Shown: positions 19,425 through 29,929 of the stretch, in pieces
How the letters are laid out: each line of letters starts with the position of its first letter
Position numbering within the stretch: the stretch's first letter is position 1
Assembly (NCBI GenBank): GCA_963764715.1
Contig: CAVXTP010000009.1
Location: 32,001 to 96,000, forward strand
Reading direction: 5' to 3'
Length of the DNA: 64,000 nucleotides
From: an uncultured Acidobacteriota bacterium
Lineage (GTDB): Bacteria; Acidobacteriota; Thermoanaerobaculia; UBA5066; Gp7-AA6
Position numbers and translations under genes: made by a program
Notes under the pieces: model-generated
What the model was told of the DNA's origin: nothing
The model's input: the letters and a program-made list of their open reading frames with translations, nothing else
Databases searched by the model: none

Positions 19425-20374
19425 GATCCGGCGCCCCCGCCTGCCTCCTGCTTCCTGCTTACTGCCGCCTGCTTCCACCGGCCTCGTCCTCCACCGGTTG
19501 TGCATCCACAGCCACGCCTCCGGCGCCCGCCGGACCGCGGCTTCCGTCACTTCCATGTAGCGCGCCGTCGCCCGCCGGACGGCCTCGGCCCGGGGAGGCC
19601 CTCGAACTCCCGGGCGAGGATCGGCGTCTCGAACTCGAGGCGGTAGCGCCCGCCGCCCTCGGGCCACGTGAAGACGGGCACGACCGCGGCGTCGGACTTC
19701 AGCTGGAGGAGGGCGAGCGCGGGCGTCGTCGCCGCCAGCCGGCCGAAGAACGGCACGAAGACCGCCTCCCGCGCGAGGACGTTCTGGTCCACCAGGATGG
19801 CCACGGTCTCGTTCTTCGCGAGCGCCCTCAGGATGTCCTTCGCCGCGTCGCGCTTGGCGATCAGGCGGTTTCCGAACCGCGTGCGCAGGCGCGCGAGCTC
19901 CCGCTCGAGCCTCGGGTTGTCGAGCGGCCGCACGACCGGCGCGATCGGCTCGCCCAGCAGGCCCGCGCGGATCGCGCCGAGCTCCCAGCTGCCGATGTGC
20001 GCCGAGAGGAGGAACACGCCCTTGCCGCGCGCCCGGGCCGCGCGGAGGTTGTCCTCGCCGGCGATCCGGATCCGCGTGCGGACGTCCTCCTCGGAGAGGC
20101 GCGCGACCTCGAGGAACTCGATGAAGGCCTCGCCGATCCACTCGGCCGACGCGCGCCCGATGCGCTCGATCTCCTCGGGGCTCTTTTCGGGATAGGCGGC
20201 GGCGAGGTTGTCGAAGAGGATGCGGCGGCGCGACGCCGAGCCGCGCAGGAAGAGGCGCGCGAGCCCGCGGCCGAGCCGCTGGGGTGTACGCCCCGGCAGG
20301 ACCGCGAGGAGCCCGGTCCCCGCGCGGAAGAGGACGTGCTCCGCGAGGTCGCGCGCCGAGGACCGCGCCTTCAC
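19421..20374 (-). CDS. lpxL: Lipid A late acyltransferase LpxL/HtrB family (frameshift near 19593; 3' end reads in frame into waaF as assembled)
   Basis: SAHIGSWE, ILVDQN, VPFFG and WLWMHNRW. Confidence 0.85.
19436..19480. repeat. 7-nt tandem array at the lpxL/waaF junction
   Basis: CGCCTGC CTCCTGC TTCCTGC TTACTGC CGCCTGC TTCCACC. Confidence 0.8.
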
Positions 20375-21406
20375 GACTTCGGCGCCAGGGCGGCCCGGGC
20401 GGCGGCGAGGCGCGCGGCCAGGAACGGGAAGAACCCGGGCTCCGCGATCTCGACCTGGAGCCGGACCGTCAGGAGCGGCAGGGGGACGCGGCCCGCGAGC
20501 TTGACGGCGTCCTTCTCGGTCGTCACGAGCCAGCTCGCGCCGGCGCGCTCGGCGGCCTTGCGGATCCGGACGAGGTGGCGCTCCCGATAGCGCTGGTGGT
20601 CGCGGAAGTCGAGCGTTTCCTCCGGGGCGAGCCCCATCTCGCGAAGCGTCGCCACGAACTGGGATCCGTCCGCGACGCCGCAAACCGCGATCGAGCGGCA
20701 GCCCCGAAACCGCCCCCGGCTCGACGGGCGAGCCCTTCTCGTCGCGCAGGCCCGCCCCGCGGAACCGGGCGTGGAAGATCGGGGCAGCGGGATGGATCCG
20801 CGCGACCGCGGCGAGAACGTCGGGCGGCGGGCCTCCGCGTTCCGAACGCGTGAAGACGATCGCGTCGGCGCGGCGCATCGCGTCGAGCGGCTCGCGCAGG
20901 CGCCCCCGCGGCGGCGTCCGGCCGCCCCCGAACGGATCGCGCGAGTCGAAGAGCAGCAGGTTGACGTCGCGCGCGACCGCGAGGTGCTGGAAGCCGTCGT
21001 CCAGGAGAAAGAGGTCCGCGCCGAGGTCCGCGGCGCGGCGCGCCGCCTCGACCCGCTTCTCGCCGACGACGACGATGACCCCCGCGGTCGCCTGCGCCAG
21101 CGCCACCGGTTCGTCGCCGCCCTCGGCCGCGCCGACGAGCGGGCCCTCGCCGGCCGACACGACGACGACGCCCCGCGACGTGCGGCCGTATCCGCGCGAG
21201 AGGATCGCCGGCCGCCAGCCCTCGAAGCGCAGCCGGCGCGCGAGGAGCTCGACGAGCGGCGTCTTGCCGGTGCCGCCGAACGTCAGGTTGCCCACGGAGA
21301 TCGAGGGCCGCGGCAGCGCGTGCGACACGATCTTCCCGGAGGCGTACCACCCGGCCCGCAGCTCCACGGCCTTGCCGTAGAGGAGGGAGAGCGGAGACAG
21401 GTTCAC
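20371..21406 (-). CDS. lpxK: Tetraacyldisaccharide 4'-kinase (frameshift near 20700)
   Basis: SVGNLTFGGTGKTP, SRGYGR, GDEP, LDDGFQH and TTEKDAVK. Confidence 0.92.
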
Positions 21407-22677
21407 GGGCGTGATCCTCGCGCGGCGGCCGCGGCCGGCGCAAGGGCGGCGAGCGCGTCCGCGGTCGTGGCGGCCGCCCCGCGGTTCTCGCCGACGAACC
21501 GGGCGGCCTCGGCGCCGCGGCGCGCAGTCTCGTCCCGCCGCGCGAGGGCCGCGCCGATCTCCGGCGCGAGCTCCCCGGCGGCTGCGCGGCGAAGGATGCC
21601 GAGGGCCTCGCCGCGGGCGGCGGCTTCGCGGAAGTTCTCCATGTGGGGCCCGCAGAGGACCGGCACACCCGCGGCCCACGCCTCGATCGGGTTCTGCCCG
21701 CCGGTCGCGACGAGACTGCCGCCGACGAAGGCCACCGTGGCTTCCCGGTACGCCGACGCGAGCTCGCCGATCGAGTCCAGCAGATACACGTCCGGTGGAG
21801 AGCCGACGGCGGACGGCGGAGAGCTTCGCCTCAGAAGCCTCAAACCCCTCGACTCGACGAGCCGCGCGACCTCGTCGAAGCGTTCGGGACGGCGGGGCGC
21901 GAGGACGAGGAGCGGCCGCTCGGGCAGGCGGCTGCACGCATCGAGCAACATCGCTTCCTCGCCCTCGCCCGTCGAGCCCGCCGCGAGGACCGGCCGGCCG
22001 GCGGCGAGCTCCCGCAGGCGGGGGGCGTCGGGAAACGGCGGGGGAGGCGCGAGATCGTACTTGAGGTTCCCGAAGACCCGCACCTTCTCGCGCGGCGCGC
22101 CGAGCGCCTCGATCCGGCGGGCGTCCTCCTCCGACTGCATGGCGCACAGGGAGAGCCGCTCGAGCGTCTTCGAGAAGAAGCCGCGGACCAGCCGGTACCG
22201 CCGGAACGACCTCTCGGAGATCCGCCCGTTGACGAGAGCGACCGGGATCCCGCGCCGCGCGGCGCGATCGACGAAGAGGGGCCAGATCTCGGTCTCGGTC
22301 AGGACGACGAGGCCCGGCCGCGCGGCCGAGAGCGCCTTCTCGACGGGTCCGGCAAGATCGATGGGGAAGGCGAAGATCGAGGCCTCGCGGGAAAGCGTCC
22401 GGTCGGCGAGCGCCCGGCCGGCCTCGGTCGAGACGGACACCCCGAACCGCGCTCCGGGCATCCTCGCCGCGAGCTCGCGGAGGAGATTACGAGCGACGCC
22501 GATCTCCCCGACGGACACGGCGTGGATCCAGACGCCCCCGTCGAGGTCCGGCCAGGCGGAGAGCCCGAGGCGACCGCGCAGATCTCCGAGCCGGCGCCTC
22601 CCGGTCAGGGAGCGCAGGAAGGCCAGGGGGGCATAGGCGGTTAAAGCCAGAGCGGCGAGCGCCCGGTAAAGCAGCAA
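21403..22677 (-). CDS. waaA: Kdo transferase
   Basis: WIHAVSVGE, ETEIWP, NGRISERS, GNLKYD and GGQNPIE. Confidence 0.95.
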   Translation of the reverse strand: MLLYRALAALALTAYAPLAFLRSLTGRRRLGDLRGRLGLSAWPDLDGGVWIHAVSVGEIGVARNLLRELAARMPGARFGVSVSTEAGRALADRTLSREASIFAFPIDLAGPVEKALSAARPGLVVLTETEIWPLFVDRAARRGIPVALVNGRISERSFRRYRLVRGFFSKTLERLSLCAMQSEEDARRIEALGAPREKVRVFGNLKYDLAPPPPFPDAPRLRELAAGRPVLAAGSTGEGEEAMLLDACSRLPERPLLVLAPRRPERFDEVARLVESRGLRLLRRSSPPSAVGSPPDVYLLDSIGELASAYREATVAFVGGSLVATGGQNPIEAWAAGVPVLCGPHMENFREAAARGEALGILRRAAAGELAPEIGAALARRDETARRGAEAARFVGENRGAAATTADALAALAPAAAAARGSRP

Positions 22678-22825
22678 GACGGCCGGATTATGGCGCAGGC
22701 CGCTGCGGTTCGGCTTGCCGGATCGTCGGCAAAGATTTAAGATTCAAGAGCTTAGGCAGCGGAAATCCGCCTCAACGGACGTCGGGCGGGCTCCGTATAC
22801 CGCGGCAGGAGGGGACCTTTCGGTC

Positions 22826-23452
22826 ATGGAGCTCGTGTACAGCCAGTCCCGGGATCGTCTGGAGGCCGTCGAGCTTCCGGACCGGGAGCTCGCCATCCGG
22901 GCCCGTGGCGGCGACATGGTTTCCTTCGAGACGCTCGTCACCCGCAAGACACCGGCCGTCGTCTCGCTCGCCCGGCGGATCGTCGGCAACGTCGAGGACG
23001 CCCGCGACGTCGCCCAGATGGTCTTCCTGCGAGTCTGGAACGAGCTGCACCGCTACGACGAGACGTACTCCCTGAACACCTGGCTGTACCGGATCGCGAC
23101 GAATCTCGCGATCGACTTCCTCCGCAGCTCCCGGAGCCGCGAGCGCGCCCACGGCGCGACGCTGCACCTCGTGCGCGCGCGGGAGGAGTCGACCGCTTCG
23201 GACGCGACGCGCAGCGCCGAGGACGCCGAGCTCGTCCGCCTCTTCGAGACGGTCTCGGACCGGCTCTCGGAAAAGCAGAAGGCGGCCTTCGTCCTCAAGG
23301 AAATGCAGGACTGCGAGACGCGCGAGATCGCCGAGATCCTCGGGTGCGGCGAGTCGACCGTCCGCAACCACCTCTTCAACGCCCGCCGGATCCTCCGCAA
23401 GGAGATCGGGCGGCTCTTCCCCGAGTTTCTGCGGGGGAGGCCGCTCGCATGA
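22826..23452 (+). CDS. ECF RNA polymerase sigma factor
   Basis: DARDVAQMVF, TWLYRIATN and EIAEILG...TVRNHL. AGGAGG RBS. Confidence 0.93.
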   Translation: MELVYSQSRDRLEAVELPDRELAIRARGGDMVSFETLVTRKTPAVVSLARRIVGNVEDARDVAQMVFLRVWNELHRYDETYSLNTWLYRIATNLAIDFLRSSRSRERAHGATLHLVRAREESTASDATRSAEDAELVRLFETVSDRLSEKQKAAFVLKEMQDCETREIAEILGCGESTVRNHLFNARRILRKEIGRLFPEFLRGRPLA

Positions 23453-23993
23453 GCGCCATCTGCCCGCTCGTCCGCTCGAGCTTCGCCGACTACGCGGCCG
23501 ACACGCTCCCGGCGCCGCAGCGCCGGATCCTCCGCGACCACCTCGCCGCCTGCCCGGAGTGCCGGGCCCTGGCGGCCGCCGGGGACGCGACGTTCCTCTT
23601 CGCCCGTCCGTTCCCGGCGGAGGAGCTGCCGGCCGAGGACGCCGCGCGATCCTCGGCAACGTGCGGACGGCCGTCGCCTTCGCGCAGACCGAGGCGCGGA
23701 TCCGCCGGACCACGCGCCGCCGGGCGACGCTCTCGAGCGCCGCCGCCGCCGCGGCTTTCGCCGCGCTGCTTCTCCTGGCCCCGGGCAGCGGAACGCGCCG
23801 GGCTCCGGCCGTCGCCGCCGTCGCGTCCGCGCGCCCCACGCCCCCGGCCGAATCTCCCGCCCTCGCCCCGGCCGCGCTGCCGGCCGAGGGGGATGGAATC
23901 TCCGCGGACGCCACCGTCTACGACTGGAATCCCGGCGCCGGCCGGGAGGAACCGCGGGTCGTCTGGATCGTGGATCGGGGGCTCGACATCTGA
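23449..23993 (+). CDS. Zinc-binding (zf-HC2) membrane anti-sigma factor (frameshift near 23650)
   Basis: HLAACPEC (HxxxCxxC) followed by a TM segment. Coupled to the sigma factor stop. Confidence 0.8.
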
Positions 23994-24040
23994 CCCCGTT
24001 CCCGTGCGGGCCCGCCCGAGGGGCCCAGGTTTTCGTACAC

Positions 24041-24781
24041 GTGAGAAAAACGCTTCTCTTCCTCGCCGCGATCGTGATCTCCGCGAGCGCCCTGCAGGCC
24101 GCGGACGAGGCGACCGTGCGCGTCTACGTCCTCAAGCACAAGCGGGTCGAAGAGGCGGCGCTGCTCATCCGAACGAGCCTCTCCGAGTCGGCCTCGATCA
24201 CCCTGACGCAGAAGCTGAACGCGATGACGGTGACCGACCGCCCCGAGAAGCTCGACCAGATCGGCCGCGTGCTCGCCGCCTTCGACGTGCCGCCGCGCGG
24301 GTTCACCTTCGCGGTCAAGCTCGTGCGCGCGCGGGCCGACGTTCCCGAGGGCTCGATCGCCCGCGAGATCGGCGGCCTCGGGGCGAAGCTGAAGTCGATG
24401 TTCCAGTTCAACGACTACGCCCTGATCGACTCGGTCGTCCTGCGGACGACCGACGGCGGCCGCGTCGAGAGCCAGCTCGGCGACGAGTTCATGCTCTCGT
24501 TCACGGTGCGGACGGCGGGCGCCGGCAACGAGCTCCTGCTCTCGCCCTTCGGCCTCTCCAAGGTGTACAAGTCCACGGCCAAGGGCGGCGCGGTGTTCAT
24601 GCGGCCGCTCTACCGCTCCTCGATGCCGGTGACGCTCTCGCAGACGCTCGTCGTCGGCGCCTCGAAGGAGGAGCGGTCGAAGAGCGCCCTCATCCTCATC
24701 CTCCACGCCCAGGAGCTGCCCCGCGGCGACGTCCCCGAGAAGGGCGTCGCCGGCGGGACGACCGTGGAGAAGAAGCCGTGA
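24041..24781 (+). CDS. Periplasmic protein with a secretin-N (NolW-like) repeat
   Basis: Signal peptide, then VRVYVLKHK...NAMTVTDRPEKLDQIGRVLAAFDVP. Confidence 0.65.
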   Translation: MRKTLLFLAAIVISASALQAADEATVRVYVLKHKRVEEAALLIRTSLSESASITLTQKLNAMTVTDRPEKLDQIGRVLAAFDVPPRGFTFAVKLVRARADVPEGSIAREIGGLGAKLKSMFQFNDYALIDSVVLRTTDGGRVESQLGDEFMLSFTVRTAGAGNELLLSPFGLSKVYKSTAKGGAVFMRPLYRSSMPVTLSQTLVVGASKEERSKSALILILHAQELPRGDVPEKGVAGGTTVEKKP

Positions 24782-25993
24782 GCGAGTTCCGGGTCAAGGC
24801 CGGGTGGCCGGACGGCTCGGTGGCGGAGCAGTCGGTCGTCGCCGCGGACCTCGGCGCGGCGCGCCTCGAGGTCGAGCGCCGCGGGCGGGCACGTCTTCGA
24901 GGTCCGGCGCAAGGGCCTTTCGCTCGCAGGACCGCGGACCAGGGGCAAGGGCCGCATCAAGATGGCCGACTTCCTGATCTTCAACCAGGAGCTGATCGCG
25001 CTGCTGAAGGCGGGGCTCCCGGTCGTGCGCTCCTTCGAGATCCTGCTCGAGCGCCAGAAGAGCCCGGTCCTGCGGCGGGTCCTGACCGACGTGCGCGAGC
25101 GTGTCAACTCGGGCGCGTCGATCTCCGAGGCCTTCGCCGAGGAGGGCGACCTCTTCCCGCGCCTCTACTGGACGTCGCTGAAGGCCGGCGAGAAGTCGGG
25201 CGAGATCGAGGCCGTCCTGCGCCGCTACCTCAAGTACCAGAAGACCGTCATCGCGCTGACCCGCAAGGTCGTCTCGACGCTCGTCTATCCCGTCATCCTG
25301 ATCGCGCTCTCGGCGCGTGCTGATCACGATCCTGATGACCTTCGTCATCCCGCGCTTCACCGAGTTCTTCGCCGACTTCGACGCCGAGCTTCCGCTCCTG
25401 ACGGTCGTCGTGCTCGGAATCGCGAACGTTCCTGCGCCACAACTTCCTGGTCATCGGGGCGGCCGTCGGCGGCGGGGGCTTCCTCGCCTGGCGCTGGTTC
25501 CAGACCGACCGCGGGGCGCGTCTGGCTCGACGGGGCGATCCTGAAGCTGCCGGTCGTCGGCGGGATCTTCCGCCGGTTCGCCATCACCCAGTTCACGCGG
25601 AGCCTCGGGACGCTGCTCGGCGGCGGCACGCCGCTGGTGCCCGCCCTCGAGAACGCCTCCGACGCGATCGGCAACCGGTCGGTCTCGATCAAGGTCGCGA
25701 GCGTCGTGCCGCGGGTCCGCGAGGGCCGCGAGCTCTGGAAGGCCCTCGAGGCGACCGGCATCTTCACCGACCTGACGATCGAGATGATCAAGGTCGGCGA
25801 GTCCTCGGGCGCGCTCGAGGAGATGCTCGCCGCGACCTCGGAGTTCTACGACGAGGAGATCGACCTGCTGCTCGCGCGGGTCATCTCGTTCGTCGAGCCG
25901 GCGATCCTCGTGATCATGGGAGGCGTCATCGTGACGATCCTCCTCTCGGTGTACCTGCCGATGTTCCGGCTCATGTCGGCGATCAAGTCGTGA
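24778..25993 (+). CDS. gspF: GspF/PilC-family inner membrane platform protein (several frameshifts)
   Basis: FNQELIALLKAGLP, AGEKSG, VGESSGALEEML and VYLPMF. Confidence 0.85.
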
Positions 25994-26031
25994 GGATGGG
26001 GAGGCGGCACACGGATGGTCCGTCCCGGTTC

Positions 26032-26089
26032 GTAGGGGCGGGGCTTGTCCCCGCCCCCTCCGCCGGGCGGCGGCAGGGGTCGCCCCTAC
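26032..26089. repeat. GTAG-type REP doublet
   Basis: GTAGGGGCGGGGCTTGTCCCCGCCC...GGGTCGCCCCTAC. Confidence 0.8.
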
Positions 26090-26129
26090 GACCGGAGCCG
26101 TGCGGATTCCGGCAATTGGAGAAGGTGCC

Positions 26130-27749
26130 ATGGCCAAGCAGCTGAAGGACGAAGTCCGGTTCTCCTCCCGCGCGGAGGAGGAGGCGCAGGCGATCGCGCT
26201 CGCCGAGCGGCTCGGCCTGCCGTACGTCGACCTCGCCTCCTTCCGCGTCGACGCCGACCTCTTCCGGTCGATCCCGGTCGAGTGGATGCTCCGCTACAAC
26301 TTCGTGCCCGAGAGCAAGACCGACCGCGTCATGACGATCATCTGCGCGGACCCGACGGACGTGGTGCGCCTCGACGAGCTCGAGCTCCACATGGGACTGC
26401 CGCTCCGGCTCAAGGTCGGCAGCCGCGCGTTGATCGGGGATCTTCTCCAGAAGAGCGAGTCCTCGCAGCGGGTCCTGGACGAGGCCACCGAGGATTTCCG
26501 GATGCAGCTCGTCTCCGAGGACGAGGAAGGCGAAGAGACCCTGACGATCGGCTCGATCACCCAGGACGCCTCGCCGATCATCAAGCTCGTCGACTCGGTC
26601 GTCTTCAACGCGATCCAGCGGCGCGCCTCGGACATTCACATCGAGACGCAGGAAAACGTCGTCATCATCAAGTACCGCATCGACGGCGTCCTGTACCAGG
26701 CCATGGACCCGATCGACAAGCGGCACCATGGCACGATCATTTCGCGCATCAAGGTCATGTCCGAGCTCGACATCGCCGAGAAGCGCGTTCCCCAGGACGG
26801 CCGCTTCAAGCTGCGGGTGCGCGGGCGCACGATCGACTTCCGCGTGTCGATCATGCCGACCGTGCACGGCGAGGACTCGGTCATCCGCATCCTGGACAAG
26901 GAGTCGGCCAACGCCGAGTTCAAGAGCCTCAACCTCGAGGTCGTGGGCTTCGACGTCGAGACCAAGAAGAAGCTCCGCAAGTTCATCCGCGAGCCCTACG
27001 GCATGGTCCTCGTCACCGGGCCGACCGGCTCGGGCAAGACGACCACCCTCTACGCCTGCCTTTCCGAGATCCAGACCGTCGAGGACAAGATCGTCACGAT
27101 CGAGGACCCCGTCGAGTACCAGCTCCGCGGGATCACCCAGATTCCGGTCAACGAGAAGAAGGGCCTGACCTTCGCCCGCGGGTTGCGGTCGATCCTCCGC
27201 CACGACCCCGACAAGATCATGGTCGGAGAGATCCGCGACGAGGAGACCGCGCAGATCGCGGTGCAGTCGGCCCTCACGGGCCACCTCGTCTTCACGACCG
27301 TTCACGCCAACAACGTCGTCGACGTGCTCGGCCGGTTCCTCAACATGAAGGTCGAGCTCTACAACTTCGTCTCGGCCCTGAACTGCGTGCTCGCCCAGCG
27401 GCTCGTCCGCAAGATCTGCCCGCACTGCAAGGAATCGGTGACGATCCCGGCCGAGGCGCTCCGCGAGGCCGGCCTCGACCCCGAGGCCATGAAGTCGAAG
27501 ACCTTCTACGAGGGCAAGGGCTGCCTCGAGTGCGACGGCACCGGCTTCCACGGCCGGATGGCGATCGCCGAGATCCTCGACCTCTCGGACCGGATCCGGG
27601 GCCTCATCCTCGAGCGCCGCCCGGCCGCCGAGATCAAGCGCGCCGCGAAGGAGGAAGGCATGATCTTCCTGCGCGACGCGGCGCTCGCCAAGGTCTTCGA
27701 GGGGACGACGACGCTCAAGGAAATCAACAAGGTGACCTTTGTCGATTAG
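26130..27749 (+). CDS. gspE: GspE/PilB-family secretion ATPase
   Basis: ASDIHIE, PQDGRF, GPTGSGKTT, LRHDPD and CPHC...CLEC. Confidence 0.92.
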   Translation: MAKQLKDEVRFSSRAEEEAQAIALAERLGLPYVDLASFRVDADLFRSIPVEWMLRYNFVPESKTDRVMTIICADPTDVVRLDELELHMGLPLRLKVGSRALIGDLLQKSESSQRVLDEATEDFRMQLVSEDEEGEETLTIGSITQDASPIIKLVDSVVFNAIQRRASDIHIETQENVVIIKYRIDGVLYQAMDPIDKRHHGTIISRIKVMSELDIAEKRVPQDGRFKLRVRGRTIDFRVSIMPTVHGEDSVIRILDKESANAEFKSLNLEVVGFDVETKKKLRKFIREPYGMVLVTGPTGSGKTTTLYACLSEIQTVEDKIVTIEDPVEYQLRGITQIPVNEKKGLTFARGLRSILRHDPDKIMVGEIRDEETAQIAVQSALTGHLVFTTVHANNVVDVLGRFLNMKVELYNFVSALNCVLAQRLVRKICPHCKESVTIPAEALREAGLDPEAMKSKTFYEGKGCLECDGTGFHGRMAIAEILDLSDRIRGLILERRPAAEIKRAAKEEGMIFLRDAALAKVFEGTTTLKEINKVTFVD

Positions 27750-28671
27750 GGTCCCCTTCCTGAGGCCGGTCGTCGCGCCGCACGTCTTCTGTCTCCTTCC
27801 CGAAGGCGTGACGTACGCCCGCGTGGGCTCCGGAACGCCGCCGGGCTTCGAGGAGGTCCGGCACTTCCGATACCCGGCGGGCTCGGCCGTCGCGGGACCC
27901 TCCGGGGCTTCGCTGCCGACGCGCGAGGCGATCGCGGAAGCCGTCAAGGCGGCGCGGGCGCTTTCGGGCGGCCGCCTCGCGCGCGCTTCCGTCGTCTTTC
28001 CGGACGCCTGGGCGCGCATCCTGCCCGTCGAGCTCGAGACCATGCCCGATCAGTCCGACGCGGGCCGCGACGTGGTCCTCTGGAAGCTCAAGAAGCTGCT
28101 GCCGGGGCACCCGACGGACCTCGCGATCGTCTACGAGCCGATGCCGGAGCTGGCGGCCGACGAGAAGCGGGTCCTCGTCGCCGCGGTGCCGAAGGAGACC
28201 GTGGACGCGATCGAGCACGCCTTCGAGGAGTCCGGCGTGCGGGTCGGGTACCTCGCGCCGGCGAGCCTCGCGCTCTTCGAGGGCCTGTCGCGGACGCTCT
28301 CGGGCGCGGCGGCCGGCGACTTCGCCCTGCTGCATCGGACCTCCGGCGCCATGTCCTTCTTCATCGCCCGCGGAACGACGCCGATCTTCTATCGGCAGCG
28401 GCCCTCGCAGACCGACGACCCGCAGGACCACGATCGCGAGGCGCGGCTGTCGCTCTCCTACTACGCCGAGAAGCTGAAGGGCCCGGGCCTCGCGGCCGTC
28501 TACGTCCACGACGAGCTGCCGGACGGCGGCCTCGCGTCGATCGGCGCCTTTCCGGTGCCGGCGGTGCCGCTCTCCGGGCGACTCTTCGAAGCCGACGCGG
28601 CCTTCGACGAGCGCCTTGCGGCGCGGCCGGAGCTGCTCGCGGGATTCGCCGCGGTCTGGGGGGCGCGGTGA
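27739..28671 (+). CDS. PilM/GspL-like actin-fold alignment protein
   Basis: Position after the ATPase, WKLKKLLP and LSYY motifs. Family assigned from context. Confidence 0.6.
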   Translation: MSIRVPFLRPVVAPHVFCLLPEGVTYARVGSGTPPGFEEVRHFRYPAGSAVAGPSGASLPTREAIAEAVKAARALSGGRLARASVVFPDAWARILPVELETMPDQSDAGRDVVLWKLKKLLPGHPTDLAIVYEPMPELAADEKRVLVAAVPKETVDAIEHAFEESGVRVGYLAPASLALFEGLSRTLSGAAAGDFALLHRTSGAMSFFIARGTTPIFYRQRPSQTDDPQDHDREARLSLSYYAEKLKGPGLAAVYVHDELPDGGLASIGAFPVPAVPLSGRLFEADAAFDERLAARPELLAGFAAVWGAR

Positions 28672-29285
28672 GCCGGAGCTGGAACTTCGCGCGGCGGCCC
28701 TTCCAGGACGACCGCCCGATCTACGTCGGAAGCGGCCTGCTCTTTCTGCTGGGCGCCGTGCTCCTCGTGGCGAACCTCCGGGTCTTCACCGAGTACCGGC
28801 GCTCGGTCGCCGACACGCGCGCCGAGATCGCGGCCCTCGAGGACCGGCAGCGGCGCGCCGACCAGAAGGCCGAGGCGGCGAAGGCCGGCGCTCTCGGCGT
28901 ACAAGCTGTCGGCGCTCGCCGACGAGAGCCGGGGCCTCGCGCGCCTCGTCGCGGAGCGGCGCTTCTCGTGGACGGCGCTGCTCGCGCGGCTCGAGCGCGC
29001 GCTGCCCTCCGACGTGGGCCTCGCGCACCTGCAGCCGCGCTTCGAGAAGGACGACGAGGTCGCGCTCGAGATGCAGCTCTACGCCCGCAAGCGCGAGGCC
29101 GTCGTGGCGACGATCGCGGCGCTCTCGAAGGACCCCGCGTTCGGCGAGGTGGACCTGAGGAGCGAGACCGCCGCCGAGCCCGGCGCCCCGAACCCGTTCC
29201 AGTTCATCCTCTCGACGCCGTACGAGCCCGATGCGGGCCACGGCGAGCACGCGGCGCGCCGGCGCCGAAGAGGACCCGGCCGTGA
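28668..29285 (+). CDS. PilN-like protein (frameshifted)
   Basis: NFARRPF, a TM segment, a coiled coil and FSWTALLARLERALP. Confidence 0.7.
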   Translation: MSRSWNFARRPFQDDRPIYVGSGLLFLLGAVLLVANLRVFTEYRRSVADTRAEIAALEDRQRRADQKAEAAKAGALGVQAVGARRREPGPRAPRRGAALLVDGAARAARARAALRRGPRAPAAALREGRRGRARDAALRPQARGRRGDDRGALEGPRVRRGGPEERDRRRARRPEPVPVHPLDAVRARCGPRRARGAPAPKRTRP

Positions 29286-29929
29286 GCCGCATCCCGGCCG
29301 CCTGGCGGCGGAGGCTGCCGCTCGCGGCGGCGGCCGTCCTGTTCGCCGCGGCGAACCTCGTGTTCTTCGGCGAGCTTTCGGGCCAACACGCACGAGCGCC
29401 GGCAGGCGCTCGAGGCCCGCCGGGACGAGCTGAAGCGGGCCGTCGAGGCGCGCGAGGCCGAGGCCGCCCGCCTGTCGGGCCAGCACGAGCGCCTCTCCGG
29501 CGTCTCCGAGGCCATGAAGGAGTTCTACGGCCGCCGGATCGGCACGCAGGAAGCGACGCTCGCCGGCGTCGTCGCCGGCCTCCACGAGGCGCTCAAGGAG
29601 AGCGGAATCGAGGCCAACCAGATCTCCTACGCGACCACGGCCGTCACCGGGCTCCCGCTGACGCAGATGCGCGTCGCGTTCCCGGTCAAGTGCGACTACT
29701 CCCGCTTCAAGAAGCTGCTGCGGACCTTCGAGACCGGCAAGCGCTGGATCGCCGTCCGGAGCGTCTCGATCGGCCGCGACTCCGAGCAGCCGGGCGTCGT
29801 CTCCGTCCAGATGGAGCTCGTGACCTACTTCAGCGACCGCGACGAGGCCCCGGGAACGACCGGCGCCCGCCGCGCCCGGAGTCGCCCGCCCGCGCCCGCG
29901 GCGCCGTGCCCGCGCGGAGGACCGGCTAG
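29282..29929 (+). CDS. PilO/GspM-like protein (frameshifted)
   Basis: TM segment, coiled coil, and FPVKCDYSRFKKLL ferredoxin-like region. Confidence 0.65.
   Translation: MSRIPAAWRRRLPLAAAAVLFAAANLVFFGELSGQHARAPAGARGPPGRAEAGRRGARGRGRPPVGPARAPLRRLRGHEGVLRPPDRHAGSDARRRRRRPPRGAQGERNRGQPDLLRDHGRHRAPADADARRVPGQVRLLPLQEAAADLRDRQALDRRPERLDRPRLRAAGRRLRPDGARDLLQRPRRGPGNDRRPPRPESPARARGAVPARRTG

Noticed and set aside
19547-22147. Apparent LpxK-LpxL fusion ORF (866 aa)
   Set aside because: An indel near 20700 creates it. The LpxK C-terminus (TTEKDAVK) is in another frame and ends at 20371.
22691-22707. Sigma54 promoter upstream of the ECF sigma gene (TGGCGCAGGCCGCTGC)
   Set aside because: GG-GC spacing is off by one base and TTGC is missing.
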